From: a virus | Taxonomy: Duplodnaviria > Caudoviricetes | Virus record (IMG/VR): IMGVR_UViG_3300033076_000676 | Location: 1 to 35,652 of that record | Length of the DNA stretch: 35,652 bases | Reading direction: 5' to 3' (one strand) | Shown: in pieces, positions 26,079 through 35,399 of the stretch | How positions within the stretch are numbered: the stretch's first letter is position 1 | Layout: each line of letters opens with the position of its first letter | Made by a program: the position numbers and the translations under genes | The notes under the pieces: generated by a model | What the model saw: the letters and a program-made list of their open reading frames with translations, nothing else | The model's database searches: none | What the model was told of the DNA's origin: nothing

Positions 26079-26270
26079 ATGTCTGACAAAAAGCCACTAC
26101 CACTAACTGACGAACAGATTGAAGACCTGGTTGAGAAGGTAACCGAGCGCGTAATCGAGAACGTCTATATCAGCATCGGTCAATCGGTCGTCAAGAAGTT
26201 CTTCTGGATTATTGGTCTAGGGGCTTTGAGTCTTCTGACATACCTAGCGGGGAATGGAACATTCAAATGA
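26079..26270 (+). CDS. small membrane protein
   Basis: C-terminal hydrophobic segment FFWIIGLGALSLLTYL. Confidence 0.65.
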   Translation: MSDKKPLPLTDEQIEDLVEKVTERVIENVYISIGQSVVKKFFWIIGLGALSLLTYLAGNGTFK

Positions 26271-26623
26271 ATGAACTAATCGCAACCCTATTCCTAGCTC
26301 GAGACATTGCTCACAAGGCTCACCTGGCAACAGGTAGCTATGCACAACACGTTGCTCTTGGTGAGTTCTACAGCTCGATCATTGATCTAGCAGACAAACT
26401 AACTGAGGCTTATCAAGGTCGCACAGACACATTGCTCGAGATCCCATTGATGGACGACGAAACAACTGGCGACATCATTGAAGACCTAAGGAAGTACCAG
26501 GACTACGTTGAGCAGAACAGATACTCAGCAGCAAAAAAAGAAGACACACCGATTCAGAACATCATCGATGAGGTAGTTGCGCAGTTCCTATCTACTCGAT
26601 ACAAGTTGACAAGATTGAAGTGA
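26267..26623 (+). CDS. ferritin/Dps-like four-helix protein (DUF5856-like)
   Basis: AHKAHLATGSYAQHVALGEFY...DKLTEAYQG and IQNIIDE...YKL motifs. Confidence 0.7.
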   Translation: MNELIATLFLARDIAHKAHLATGSYAQHVALGEFYSSIIDLADKLTEAYQGRTDTLLEIPLMDDETTGDIIEDLRKYQDYVEQNRYSAAKKEDTPIQNIIDEVVAQFLSTRYKLTRLK

Positions 26624-26630
26624 GGTTGAA

Positions 26631-26921
26631 GTGGAAGAGCCAATCATTGAAACAAAGACGCCAGCGCTAGTTTTAATTGAATGGCTGGATGCCGAGCATG
26701 AGTTCGGTTGGCAGGAGGGGAATGAGATCGATGATCAAGAACCCGTCCTTACGTGCTTTACGGTTGGGTGGTTGTTGAAGAAAACAAAGCTCCACGTAAA
26801 AGTTTGCCAGACGTTTTCACATAACAACCATGCACAAACGTTGACGATCCCGAAAGGCATGATCGTAAACATGACAGTTTTACAACAACCGATGAAACGA
26901 CATGCAGCCAAGGGTAAGTGA
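26631..26921 (+). CDS. hypothetical phage protein
   Basis: LVLIEWLDA...CFTVGWL...TIPKGMI pattern common in phages. Confidence 0.7.
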   Translation: MEEPIIETKTPALVLIEWLDAEHEFGWQEGNEIDDQEPVLTCFTVGWLLKKTKLHVKVCQTFSHNNHAQTLTIPKGMIVNMTVLQQPMKRHAAKGK

Positions 26922-27849
26922 AGATGAGTTCATAGCGATCTGGAGAAGATTGCAAAGCGCCGCTTTAGTGGCAAAAGAAATTGGTGTTGATGTACGCAAC
27001 GTACACCTACGCCGCAAGCGCATTGAGGAGAAGCGTGGTATTGCTCTCAACTCAAACGATAGGCGCTCTCCTACATTCCTCCGCAGAGAACACGCACCTC
27101 GTGTTGATTGCGAGATGGAGAATGGAGTAATCATTGTTGGTTCTGACGCGCATTACTGGCCCGGTCAGATCAGCACAGCACACAAAGCTTTTGTTCAGGT
27201 CATCAAAGACCTGAAGCCTGAGCTAGTAGTAATGAACGGCGACCTATTCGATGGCGCCAGAATAAGTCGGTACCCACAATCAGCGTGGATCAAACTACCG
27301 ACAGTCAAGGAAGAACTTGACGCAGTTGCAGAACGTCTCCATGAGATCAAGACTGCAGCTGGCAGTGGTAAAACCTGGTGGTGCTTGGGCAACCACGATA
27401 TGCGCTTCGATGCAAAGCTAGCAAACAATGCATCCGAGTTTGAAGGCGTACCAGGCTTTACCCTTGGCGATCACTTCCCTGGTTGGAACATCAGCATTAG
27501 CTTGTTCGTAAACCAGAGCTTGATGATCAAACATCGTTTCCGTAATGGAACACATGCCACGTGGAACAACACCTTGTATAGCGGTGTATCCATGTGTACT
27601 GGTCACTTGCATCGTCTCCAGGCAACCATCTTGAATGACTACGGTGGTACACGCTGGGGTATCGATTGCGGAACCCTAGGCGAAACAGAGGGTGACCACA
27701 TGCACTACGGAGAAGATAACCCAACCAACCATTGCTCTGGCTTTGCTGTGTTAACCATCGTTGATGGACAGTTATTGCACCCAGAGTTCTGTGTTGTGAT
27801 TGGCGAGAAAGCCTACTTTAGAGGGAAAGAAGTTATATGCAACAAATAA
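26902..27849 (+). CDS. calcineurin-like metallophosphoesterase with an N-terminal HTH-like segment
   Basis: SDAH, NGDLFD, GNHD, KH and GHLH motifs. Confidence 0.88.
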   Translation: MQPRVSEDEFIAIWRRLQSAALVAKEIGVDVRNVHLRRKRIEEKRGIALNSNDRRSPTFLRREHAPRVDCEMENGVIIVGSDAHYWPGQISTAHKAFVQVIKDLKPELVVMNGDLFDGARISRYPQSAWIKLPTVKEELDAVAERLHEIKTAAGSGKTWWCLGNHDMRFDAKLANNASEFEGVPGFTLGDHFPGWNISISLFVNQSLMIKHRFRNGTHATWNNTLYSGVSMCTGHLHRLQATILNDYGGTRWGIDCGTLGETEGDHMHYGEDNPTNHCSGFAVLTIVDGQLLHPEFCVVIGEKAYFRGKEVICNK

Positions 27850-28322
27850 GAGAAAAAGTTTTATTGTTCTTCGTTGGCTTGCTACTTGGATTGCTATGTG
27901 GTGAAGCCAAAGCGCAGGACACAACGATCAACTACAAAGGTCAACCAGTACCGTCTGCTATCGCACCTTCAATGAGTGCGTTCTCGCAAGACGTGTGTGG
28001 CATTCCTGTGTCTGGAGCTATCAGCTCTACTGTTATTGGTGTGAGCGGTGGCTCTGTTTACACAGACACGAACTGTGAACGCATCAAGCTAGCCAAGACG
28101 TTGAATGACCTTGGCTTGAAGGTCGCTGCAGTGGGCATCCTCTGCGAAGACGAGCGTGTTTGGCGCGCAATGGAGATGTCTGGTTCGCCATGTCCTATCG
28201 GTGGATCTATAGGGGATACGGCAAGAAAGGCATGGGCTGAACGTGAGCCGAAACGATTTGAACAACTATATGGCAAGGTTCCTTCTTTTACTGAGCCTGC
28301 TACTACTGGGGAAACCAAATGA
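27837..28322 (+). CDS. exported Cys-containing phage protein
   Basis: Signal peptide ending AKA; SAIAPS...DVC, NCERIKLAK, LC and SPCP motifs. Confidence 0.7.
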   Translation: MQQIREKVLLFFVGLLLGLLCGEAKAQDTTINYKGQPVPSAIAPSMSAFSQDVCGIPVSGAISSTVIGVSGGSVYTDTNCERIKLAKTLNDLGLKVAAVGILCEDERVWRAMEMSGSPCPIGGSIGDTARKAWAEREPKRFEQLYGKVPSFTEPATTGETK

Positions 28323-29304
28323 TCTCTTGGCTCAAAGCTGTTATTGCACGACTCAGTGGTACCAAGGTGGACCATACGGAAGCTACTGTATTGCCAACTC
28401 AACCTGTTGGGCCTGTCAGCCAGGAGCCTACGACCAAACGTGGCAAAGGACGTACTGCCCTAGCTACCAATGTGCCGACAGAACAGAAACCCAAACGCTC
28501 GCGTGCCCAGCGAACTACAGCGGAAGCATCACCCAAACAAGAACGTACTTCTGCAAAACGAACAGCTATTCAGCCTGGACAACAACAAGCAACACCTGCA
28601 CCCCAAACCCGCCAACCTGCAAAGCGGGGTCGGAAACCAAAACAGTAAGTTGTGATACTGGGTACACGGGTTCAATAACGCAGACAAGGATTAGCACATG
28701 TCCAGATCCATATGGTCAACCGGTGTGGCAACCCTGGGGGACTACATCCAACAGTTGCGTGAAGTCGATAACCAACGTCACGAATCCTGCGTCGCCTGTA
28801 AGCCCCGTGAGTCCCACCAGTGCAGCAGCAACCACAACATCAACTGCAACTGTGCAGACAGCACCTGTAGTGCAGACGAGTCCAACAACGGATGGCGTAA
28901 GTGCCCAGACAGTGGAAAGCTCTGTTCCTACATCTCCTGCCCCGACCAGTGCAGGGGAGACAGCGCAACCGAAGGTGGAGAGCAAGTCGAGCAGTGCCAC
29001 TGCATCGTCCCCTGCAGCACCCCCTACGACTGCAAGTGCCAGCAACGGCACAACAAATAAAGACACACCAACACCTAAAGGAAGGACAGCAGTTCCCGGC
29101 TTTGGGCTGGTAATGAGTCTTGAACTCTTTATTAAGCCTGGGATAGTCCAACCAAACGTATTTCCTGAAGTTGTTATGAAGCAAGAGCTACCAGTTGAGT
29201 TGCTCATGCATGGCGTCTTCATGCTCGATCTACTGACTGGCGTGGAAATCCCAAATCAATTAAACCGATTTGAAGAAATCCAAAGCCTAACAGTGGAGTA
29301 CTAA
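28270..29304 (+). CDS. exported Cys-rich repeat protein with Ser/Thr/Pro-rich linker
   Basis: Likely start MARFLLLLSLLL (signal peptide); two repeats ET.T..C...Y.GSITQTR...C.....W.TTSN.C. Confidence 0.7.
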   Translation: MARFLLLLSLLLLGKPNDLLAQSCYCTTQWYQGGPYGSYCIANSTCWACQPGAYDQTWQRTYCPSYQCADRTETQTLACPANYSGSITQTRTYFCKTNSYSAWTTTSNTCTPNPPTCKAGSETKTVSCDTGYTGSITQTRISTCPDPYGQPVWQPWGTTSNSCVKSITNVTNPASPVSPVSPTSAAATTTSTATVQTAPVVQTSPTTDGVSAQTVESSVPTSPAPTSAGETAQPKVESKSSSATASSPAAPPTTASASNGTTNKDTPTPKGRTAVPGFGLVMSLELFIKPGIVQPNVFPEVVMKQELPVELLMHGVFMLDLLTGVEIPNQLNRFEEIQSLTVEY

Positions 29305-29756
29305 TGAGCGATTTAGACAAACTAGACCAAGCCCAAGACAAGTTAAACAAAGCAATCGACTTCGCAAAGAAGAACGCGATGGTTATTAGTTTTGTTGTTG
29401 GCGCTATCCCGGTAATCGGTGGCACCTTCTACACAGGCATCACCGAGCTAAACAAAGCTAAGGATGACCTAGCAGCATTCCACGACATCGTTGAAGAGTT
29501 CCCTAGCGTTAAGCGCAAGGCAGATTCTTTAACCGAAAAGGTGAATGCCCAGCAAGAAACCATCATCAAGCTACAAGAGAAGTTGGCTGACGCCTACATC
29601 AATTCTCGTGAAGCAAAGGTGTTGGCTGAAAGTACCCAACGTGAAGCTCGAGCTGCAGCAGCGGCATCGAAGACTGAGATTGAATCATCTGTCTCTTCAT
29701 TGAGAACTGAGATGAACACTCTCAAGCGTGCAACTTCAAACCCATTAGGTAAATAA
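29304..29756 (+). CDS. membrane-anchored coiled-coil protein
   Basis: One TM segment followed by a long coiled coil; TAATG coupling. Confidence 0.65.
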   Translation: MSDLDKLDQAQDKLNKAIDFAKKNAMVISFVVGAIPVIGGTFYTGITELNKAKDDLAAFHDIVEEFPSVKRKADSLTEKVNAQQETIIKLQEKLADAYINSREAKVLAESTQREARAAAAASKTEIESSVSSLRTEMNTLKRATSNPLGK

Positions 29757-29759
29757 ACA

Positions 29760-30242
29760 ATGATGACACTTATCTCTACCGCCCTATCTTTCTTGATGGG
29801 TGGCGTACCAAAGATCCTTGATTTCTTCCAGGACAAATCTGACAAGAAGCATGAGCTAGAACTAGCACGCATGCAGACAGAGCGCGAGATGCAAATGCTA
29901 GAACGTGGCTATGCAGCTCAAGCTCGAGTAGAAGAGATTCGTGCAGATCAGATTGCAACTCAGACACAAGCAGATGTGCACATGGCTCTATTGGCGCATG
30001 ACACAGAATCTGCCAAAGGTGCATCTCAATGGGTTATCAATGCTCGTGCCATGGTTCGCCCAGGTATTACATACGGCATGTTCACTCTGCTTCTATTCGT
30101 GGATGTGTTTGGCTTTTACTACGCATGGAAGACTGGCGTTGCATTCGATACAGCTTTGAACATCCTATGGGATGACGATAGCCAGCAGATCTTTGCATCG
30201 ATCATTGCCTTCTACTTCGGCGGCCAGGCGTTTAAGAAATGA
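29760..30242 (+). CDS. putative holin (3TM/GTA-holin-like)
   Basis: SQWV...AMVRPGITY, TM segments and IIAFYFG; directly upstream of the lysozyme. Confidence 0.65.
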   Translation: MMTLISTALSFLMGGVPKILDFFQDKSDKKHELELARMQTEREMQMLERGYAAQARVEEIRADQIATQTQADVHMALLAHDTESAKGASQWVINARAMVRPGITYGMFTLLLFVDVFGFYYAWKTGVAFDTALNILWDDDSQQIFASIIAFYFGGQAFKK

Positions 30243-30712
30243 TCGAACAACGTGTCATTGATCAAATCAAGCACGACGAAGGCGTAAGAACAAAGCCATA
30301 CAGATGTCCTGCTTTGCTGTGGACTGTAGGGGTAGGTCACGTGATCGACCCTAACCACATCAGAGTAAAGCTAGAGGATAGGAAGAATCTTCCAATTCCT
30401 GCTGGCTGGGATAGGACTCTGACAATGGAGGAAGTTGATGAGATTCTTAGAAAAGACCTTGCGGTATTTGAGGCGGGTGTTCGCAGACTTTGCCCTAATG
30501 ATCTTACTCCTGGGCGCCTTGGTGCACTCGTATCGTTCGCTTTCAACGTTGGGTTAGGTAATTTACAAAGATCTACCATACGAATGAAGCATAATAGAGG
30601 GGAGTTCCAAGAAGCGGCTGATGCATTCCTTATGTGGACTAAAGCTGGCGGCAAAGAACTACCAGGACTTGTTAAACGTCGTAAAGGCGAACGAGCACTA
30701 TATTTATCTTAA
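30239..30712 (+). CDS. endolysin, GH24 (T4/P21-like) lysozyme
   Basis: EGVRTKPYRCPALLWTVGVGH (E-x8-C-x5-T), ALVSFAFNVG and LPGLVKRRKGE motifs. Confidence 0.93.
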   Translation: MIEQRVIDQIKHDEGVRTKPYRCPALLWTVGVGHVIDPNHIRVKLEDRKNLPIPAGWDRTLTMEEVDEILRKDLAVFEAGVRRLCPNDLTPGRLGALVSFAFNVGLGNLQRSTIRMKHNRGEFQEAADAFLMWTKAGGKELPGLVKRRKGERALYLS

Positions 30713-30721
30713 GAGAGAAAC

Positions 30722-32536
30722 ATGGCTGGATTACATCTAAAAGCATTCGGTGGTTTCGTACCACGAGTTGCTTCTCACTTGTTGCAAGACAACGAAGCGC
30801 AGAAGGCGGTGAACACAAAGCTCTACTCAGGAACATTGCAATCCTGGAAGAAGCCAGCCTCACTGGATCCCTCTGTATCCGTTGACCCGGCAACCAAGAC
30901 GATATATGCAGCCAAGAACGTATCTGGCGACAACGTATGGATGGCTTGGACAAGTGAGGTTGATGTAGTTAACAGTCCAGTTCAGTCAGAGGCACAGGCT
31001 TTCTCTATCTACTACACAGGTGACGGAGAGCCAAAGAAGACTAATACCACATTGTGCGGCGCTTCCAATGGTGGAGAACCGGTAGCCTGGTTGAAGATGG
31101 GGGTGGCTGCTCCAGTTACTGCGCCTACTGTGACTCGAGTTGGTGCTGGTGCGTCACCTGAGTCTAGGGTGTACGTATATACGTACGTCAATACATTTGG
31201 TGATATCGAAGAAGAGAGTGCGCCTAGCCCCGTCTCTGCGATTGTCCTATGCGGATCAGGTGACACAGTTACTGTGAACGGTTTTGCCGCAGCCCCAACA
31301 TCTGGCTACAACATCACCAAAAAACGTATCTACCGTTCTGTATCAGGCTCTGGTGTCACAACATTCCAGTTTGTTGCTGAGATTGCTGTTGGTGTTACAA
31401 GCTTCTCAGACAACGTAGCCTCGGCGGGCCTGGGTGAGCAGCTCCAAACATTGCAATGGGAGACGCCTCCATCTGATTTGCATTCGATCATTGCCCTACC
31501 TAACGGCTACCTAGCTGGATTGTCTGGCAGTGATGTGTGCTTCTCTGAGGTGAATGCTCCTCACGCCTGGCCGTCTGCATATCGTTTGACGATCCCATTC
31601 CAGCCAGTTGGATTGGGTGTGTTTGGTCAATCTATCGTTGTACTAACTAAGGGTAATCCCTATATATTATCTGGCGTGTCGCCAGAGAGCACGACCGCTG
31701 AAAAGATACCGATGGTTGAGCCTTGTATTGCCAAGCGCTCGATCACCCAGGACATGATGGGCGTTACATACGCCAGTCCAAACGGTTTGATCTTGATCGG
31801 CGCTTCTGGTCCAACTCAACTGACAGAGAACATCCTATTGAAAGATGAGTTTGCCAAATACAATCCTGAGAGCATTCGTGCATCTTTCTTTGCCGGCAAG
31901 TACTTCGCTTTCTTCTCAGACAGTGAAACAGACATCGTTAACGGCGCCCTAATCCTAGACAGGAATCTAGCGGCTACACCGTTGAGCGTCACATCTATCA
32001 CGTCTGCATCGTCATTTGTAGACCCATCTACAGCCCAGCTATATATCGTTGACAACAACGAGATCAAGTTGTGGGAGGGAGACCAGTACAACACGCTTCC
32101 ATATGAGTGGAGATCCAAGCGCTGGGTGTTTACAGCCCCAGACAATATGGCGGCACTCGAGGTTGAGGCTGACTTCAGCAACATCTCTGAAGGTCAATCA
32201 CTCCAGGATCGCGTAGCTCAGATCATTGCGGCTAACCAGGCTATCTGGGCATCTGGCACCAACCTACTTGGATCTCTCGATGCAACGCTATTGAATGCCT
32301 ATGAGGTGAATGGCTCATTGCTACAGACAATACCTACAGTGGTTGATAACCGCTATCTACTGGTTGAAGTATATGTAGATGACAAGCTAGTTCACTCGAA
32401 GCAATACACCCAGCGCGGTGTCTATCGCATGCCGTCTGGATACAAGGGTCAAATCTTTGAGGTGAAGGTGAACGGCAACATCGAACTCCGTTATCTCAAG
32501 ATGGCAGCGTCTGCGAAGGAGCTTAAGAACTTATGA
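30722..32536 (+). CDS. tail nozzle / tail tubular protein B-like
   Basis: 604 aa, beta-rich; YVYTYV...EESAPSP, RIYRS, CFSE...PHAWP and YASPNGL motifs; precedes the ejection proteins. Confidence 0.7.
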   Translation: MAGLHLKAFGGFVPRVASHLLQDNEAQKAVNTKLYSGTLQSWKKPASLDPSVSVDPATKTIYAAKNVSGDNVWMAWTSEVDVVNSPVQSEAQAFSIYYTGDGEPKKTNTTLCGASNGGEPVAWLKMGVAAPVTAPTVTRVGAGASPESRVYVYTYVNTFGDIEEESAPSPVSAIVLCGSGDTVTVNGFAAAPTSGYNITKKRIYRSVSGSGVTTFQFVAEIAVGVTSFSDNVASAGLGEQLQTLQWETPPSDLHSIIALPNGYLAGLSGSDVCFSEVNAPHAWPSAYRLTIPFQPVGLGVFGQSIVVLTKGNPYILSGVSPESTTAEKIPMVEPCIAKRSITQDMMGVTYASPNGLILIGASGPTQLTENILLKDEFAKYNPESIRASFFAGKYFAFFSDSETDIVNGALILDRNLAATPLSVTSITSASSFVDPSTAQLYIVDNNEIKLWEGDQYNTLPYEWRSKRWVFTAPDNMAALEVEADFSNISEGQSLQDRVAQIIAANQAIWASGTNLLGSLDATLLNAYEVNGSLLQTIPTVVDNRYLLVEVYVDDKLVHSKQYTQRGVYRMPSGYKGQIFEVKVNGNIELRYLKMAASAKELKNL

Positions 32537-32724
32537 AGAAGCCAGCTATCCCAGCTGTTGCGGTGCAAGATCAAACTGTTGCCGTACTACTCAGACCAAT
32601 TAAGGAGAACATCGAAATCCTAACAGGACGTAGAGGAGAATCCTTAACAAAACTATCTAGTAGTGCTACATTAAGCGAAGTAATTACTAAACTAAATGAA
32701 GTGATTGATCGACTAAACGCTTAA
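32533..32724 (+). CDS. small virion-associated hypothetical protein
   Basis: Coupled to both neighbours; KPAIP...IKENIEILTGRRG. Confidence 0.65.
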   Translation: MKKPAIPAVAVQDQTVAVLLRPIKENIEILTGRRGESLTKLSSSATLSEVITKLNEVIDRLNA

Positions 32725-33140
32725 TGACGCAACTGATACTTGACTGTGAACCAGTATTCCAGTTTGTTACACAGTTTTACCCGCTAGTTAGATCTGCGGG
32801 TCAGCAAGGTATCGGTCTTCAAAAAGATGGGCGCCTCATAGCGGGCGTCCTCTACGACGATTACAACGGCTCCAATATCTGGATGCACGTTGCAGCAGAA
32901 CCAGGCAAACGTTGGCTTACGAGGGAATACCTCCAAGCCTGCTTTGCCTATCCATTCAATCAACTTGGCGTGAAGAGAATTACGGGCTGGGTTGAGGCGA
33001 GTAACACAGACGCTAGACGCTTTGACGAACACCTCGGTTTCCAAAAGGAGGCTGTGTTGACAGGCGCAGCTCGAGACGGCGGTGACGTCATTATCTATCG
33101 TATGTTTAAGGAAGAGTGTAAGTATGTACACAAGAGATGA
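32724..33140 (+). CDS. GNAT-family acetyltransferase-like protein (T7 gp13-like position)
   Basis: FAYPFNQLGVKRITGWVEASN...HLGFQKEAVL motif. Confidence 0.8.
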   Translation: MTQLILDCEPVFQFVTQFYPLVRSAGQQGIGLQKDGRLIAGVLYDDYNGSNIWMHVAAEPGKRWLTREYLQACFAYPFNQLGVKRITGWVEASNTDARRFDEHLGFQKEAVLTGAARDGGDVIIYRMFKEECKYVHKR

Positions 33141-34290
33141 GCTAGGCGGGTACATGTACCCAGACAATGCGTTCCAACCTATGGGTGGGCGCAACAATCC
33201 ATTCATGAAGAGCATGAGGCTTTGGGGTGGTGGTAAAGGTGGCTCAGCCCCCGATCCAAACCCAGGCATGGTTGCATCCGCTGAAGCCGCTAAGACTGTA
33301 GCTGCCTCAAACGAAAAGATCGCCTCAGATAGCTTGGCGTTCTACAAGCAACAGTACGAAGACTTGAAGCCATTGTTCGAGCAGATCACATCTAGCCAGC
33401 TCGAGACGGACGCTGCTACTCGTAAGCAAGCTCAGGAATACTACGACGACTACAAGACAACATACCGTCCTGTAGAACAGAAGATGGTCAAGGATGCTCT
33501 TGACTACAACACTGACGCTAAGCGTGAGCAACTAGCTACTACTGCATCTGGTGATGTAACCCAGGCATTTGGTGTGGCTCGTGGTCAACAGAACAGACAA
33601 CTAGCTGCAGCTGGTATCCGCCCAGATTCAAATCGTTTCGCAGCTTTGAATAACAACCTGATTGTTCAAGAAGCGCTAGGTAAAGCTGGCGCACAAAACA
33701 AAGCGCGTGTTGATGCAGAAGGTCTTGGATATGCCCGTTTACAAGACGCGGTATCTTTAGGTAAGGGTCTTCCTGGTAACTCAACAACATCGTATGGTGT
33801 ATCTATCAATGCTGGTAACTCAGCTGGTGCTAACGCCAATGCCTCTTACGCATCCATGAACCAAGGCTACGGTACTGCAATCAACGCAAACAACGCAGCT
33901 GCAAACGCTTATGGCACAGCAGGCAACATCTACGGTCAAGAGTTCTCTGGTCGTATGCAAGGCTACAACGCTCAACAACAAGCAGCCGGTGGATTCTGGA
34001 AAGGCGTTGGTGGTCTAGTTGGTACAGGTTTGAGCATGGGCACTGGCTCAGTAGGTGGCAAGCTACTTGGCTTTGCTGATGGCGGTCCTCTCGTGAAGAA
34101 GGGCGCTATCCGTGGTCCTGGCGGCCCAGTAGATGACAAGATTCCAGCAATGCTTTCTGACGGCGAATATGTTTTGCCAGCAGATACAGTTAAGGCAATT
34201 GGTAAAGATAAGTTGGATAAGGTAGTAAAGAAAACTCACACGCCAGCTGAAGTACAGCGTAAGCGTAAAGCACTCAAGGGGAAGAAATAA
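33124..34290 (+). CDS. putative internal virion / DNA ejection protein
   Basis: GGGKGG N-terminal motif; Ala/Gly/Asn/Gln-rich helices; C-terminal FADGG..GPGGPVDDKIPAMLSDGEYVLPADTV; start uncertain. Confidence 0.7.
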   Translation: MYTRDELGGYMYPDNAFQPMGGRNNPFMKSMRLWGGGKGGSAPDPNPGMVASAEAAKTVAASNEKIASDSLAFYKQQYEDLKPLFEQITSSQLETDAATRKQAQEYYDDYKTTYRPVEQKMVKDALDYNTDAKREQLATTASGDVTQAFGVARGQQNRQLAAAGIRPDSNRFAALNNNLIVQEALGKAGAQNKARVDAEGLGYARLQDAVSLGKGLPGNSTTSYGVSINAGNSAGANANASYASMNQGYGTAINANNAAANAYGTAGNIYGQEFSGRMQGYNAQQQAAGGFWKGVGGLVGTGLSMGTGSVGGKLLGFADGGPLVKKGAIRGPGGPVDDKIPAMLSDGEYVLPADTVKAIGKDKLDKVVKKTHTPAEVQRKRKALKGKK

Positions 34291-35396
34291 TGGGCGTCGG
34301 ACTAGCAGCAGCGGGTGGCTTCTTTGAGGGGCTTCAAGAAGGTTACAAATCTGGCACAGGTCTTCGCTTGGCAGATGAAAAGAACAAGCGTGAACAAGCA
34401 GCGTTCGAGCTACAACAAGAGCGCGACAAGATTGAACTTGAAACAAAGAAGCGTGAAGAGGCTTACCAAAAAGACCTACGTGAATCGTTGAGCAAAGTAC
34501 AAGCTGAGATCAAAGGTGGTGTCGTAGGTGGTGAAGCCGTTGATGAGAACGGTACATCGCTTGGCAACATGCAGTTCGCCAACCAGCAAGAGGCATCTAA
34601 CTCTTTGCAATCTCAAGGCTTGCGCTTCAAAGAAGGCACAGCAATCGAGAAGAAAGGTCTTGACCCTATCGAAGGTCAGATGCGTATTGCTGACACATTG
34701 AAAGAAGTTGCCGCTCGTCACGGTAAAGTGGACTTGAAGATGCTTCAAGAGTCTCGTGACTTTGGTCGCAAGATCAAGGCTGAGGGTGCCGTTGATGCGA
34801 TGAAATACTTCATGACAAATCCAAACGACCAGGCTGGAGCAAGAGAAAGATTCAACAAGAATGGCGATGTCAAACTTGGCGATGACGTTCAGCTTGGCAT
34901 TAAGGATGGCATGTTTGGTCCAGTGGTCTATGGCTACAAGGTTGGACCGAAGGGCGAGAAGATCGAAGTGTTCGATGGCTTCCGAGACATCATCCTTCCA
35001 TCAATGTCTGTAGATGCTTACGGCTCTGCAATGGCTAACTTCAAGACAACTGAAGTTAAAGAGAAGGGCGAGAACGTTCGTCTTGGTGCGAAATTGGCAA
35101 GCGATGAAAGCATTGCCGCCAACAAGAACAAGATCGATAGAGCCAAGCTTGCACAAGATGGTCAGAAAGAACTTAACGAAATTGTTAAGACTCGCTTTAC
35201 TGGCATCTTCCGCAACCCGCTTGATAATGCAGAAGCTGCTAGACAGAAGCAGATCGAGGCTGCGGTTGCTCGTCGTGCTGAAGAGTACTACGGCACCGGC
35301 AACGTTGGTCTGCAAGAAGCTTTTGATCGAGCGCAGACCGACGTATTCCGTGACTTCAAAGTAGACACTTCTGAACTAGCACCTAAGAAAAAGTAA
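34290..35396 (+). CDS. putative internal virion / ejection protein
   Basis: Gly-rich amphipathic N-terminus followed by a coiled coil; position in the module. Confidence 0.65.
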   Translation: MGVGLAAAGGFFEGLQEGYKSGTGLRLADEKNKREQAAFELQQERDKIELETKKREEAYQKDLRESLSKVQAEIKGGVVGGEAVDENGTSLGNMQFANQQEASNSLQSQGLRFKEGTAIEKKGLDPIEGQMRIADTLKEVAARHGKVDLKMLQESRDFGRKIKAEGAVDAMKYFMTNPNDQAGARERFNKNGDVKLGDDVQLGIKDGMFGPVVYGYKVGPKGEKIEVFDGFRDIILPSMSVDAYGSAMANFKTTEVKEKGENVRLGAKLASDESIAANKNKIDRAKLAQDGQKELNEIVKTRFTGIFRNPLDNAEAARQKQIEAAVARRAEEYYGTGNVGLQEAFDRAQTDVFRDFKVDTSELAPKKK

Positions 35397-35399
35397 ACA

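Noticed and set aside
28319-28648. 109-aa basic ORF nested in the Cys-rich gene as a possible Rz1-like embedded gene
   Set aside because: It is coupled to the upstream stop (ATGA), so it cannot be fully excluded, but it has no lipobox or Cys, and the other frame shows clear repeats.
28698-29060. Alternative-frame Cys-rich ORF as a possible RiPP precursor
   Set aside because: Its cysteines arise from frame-shifted reading of Ala/Val/Ser/Thr codons in the linker of the main gene; no RBS, and far from the rSAM.
30239-30330. Cys replacing the catalytic Asp in the lysozyme
   Set aside because: E-x8-C-x5-T is a known variant in GH24 phage lysozymes and is not novel.
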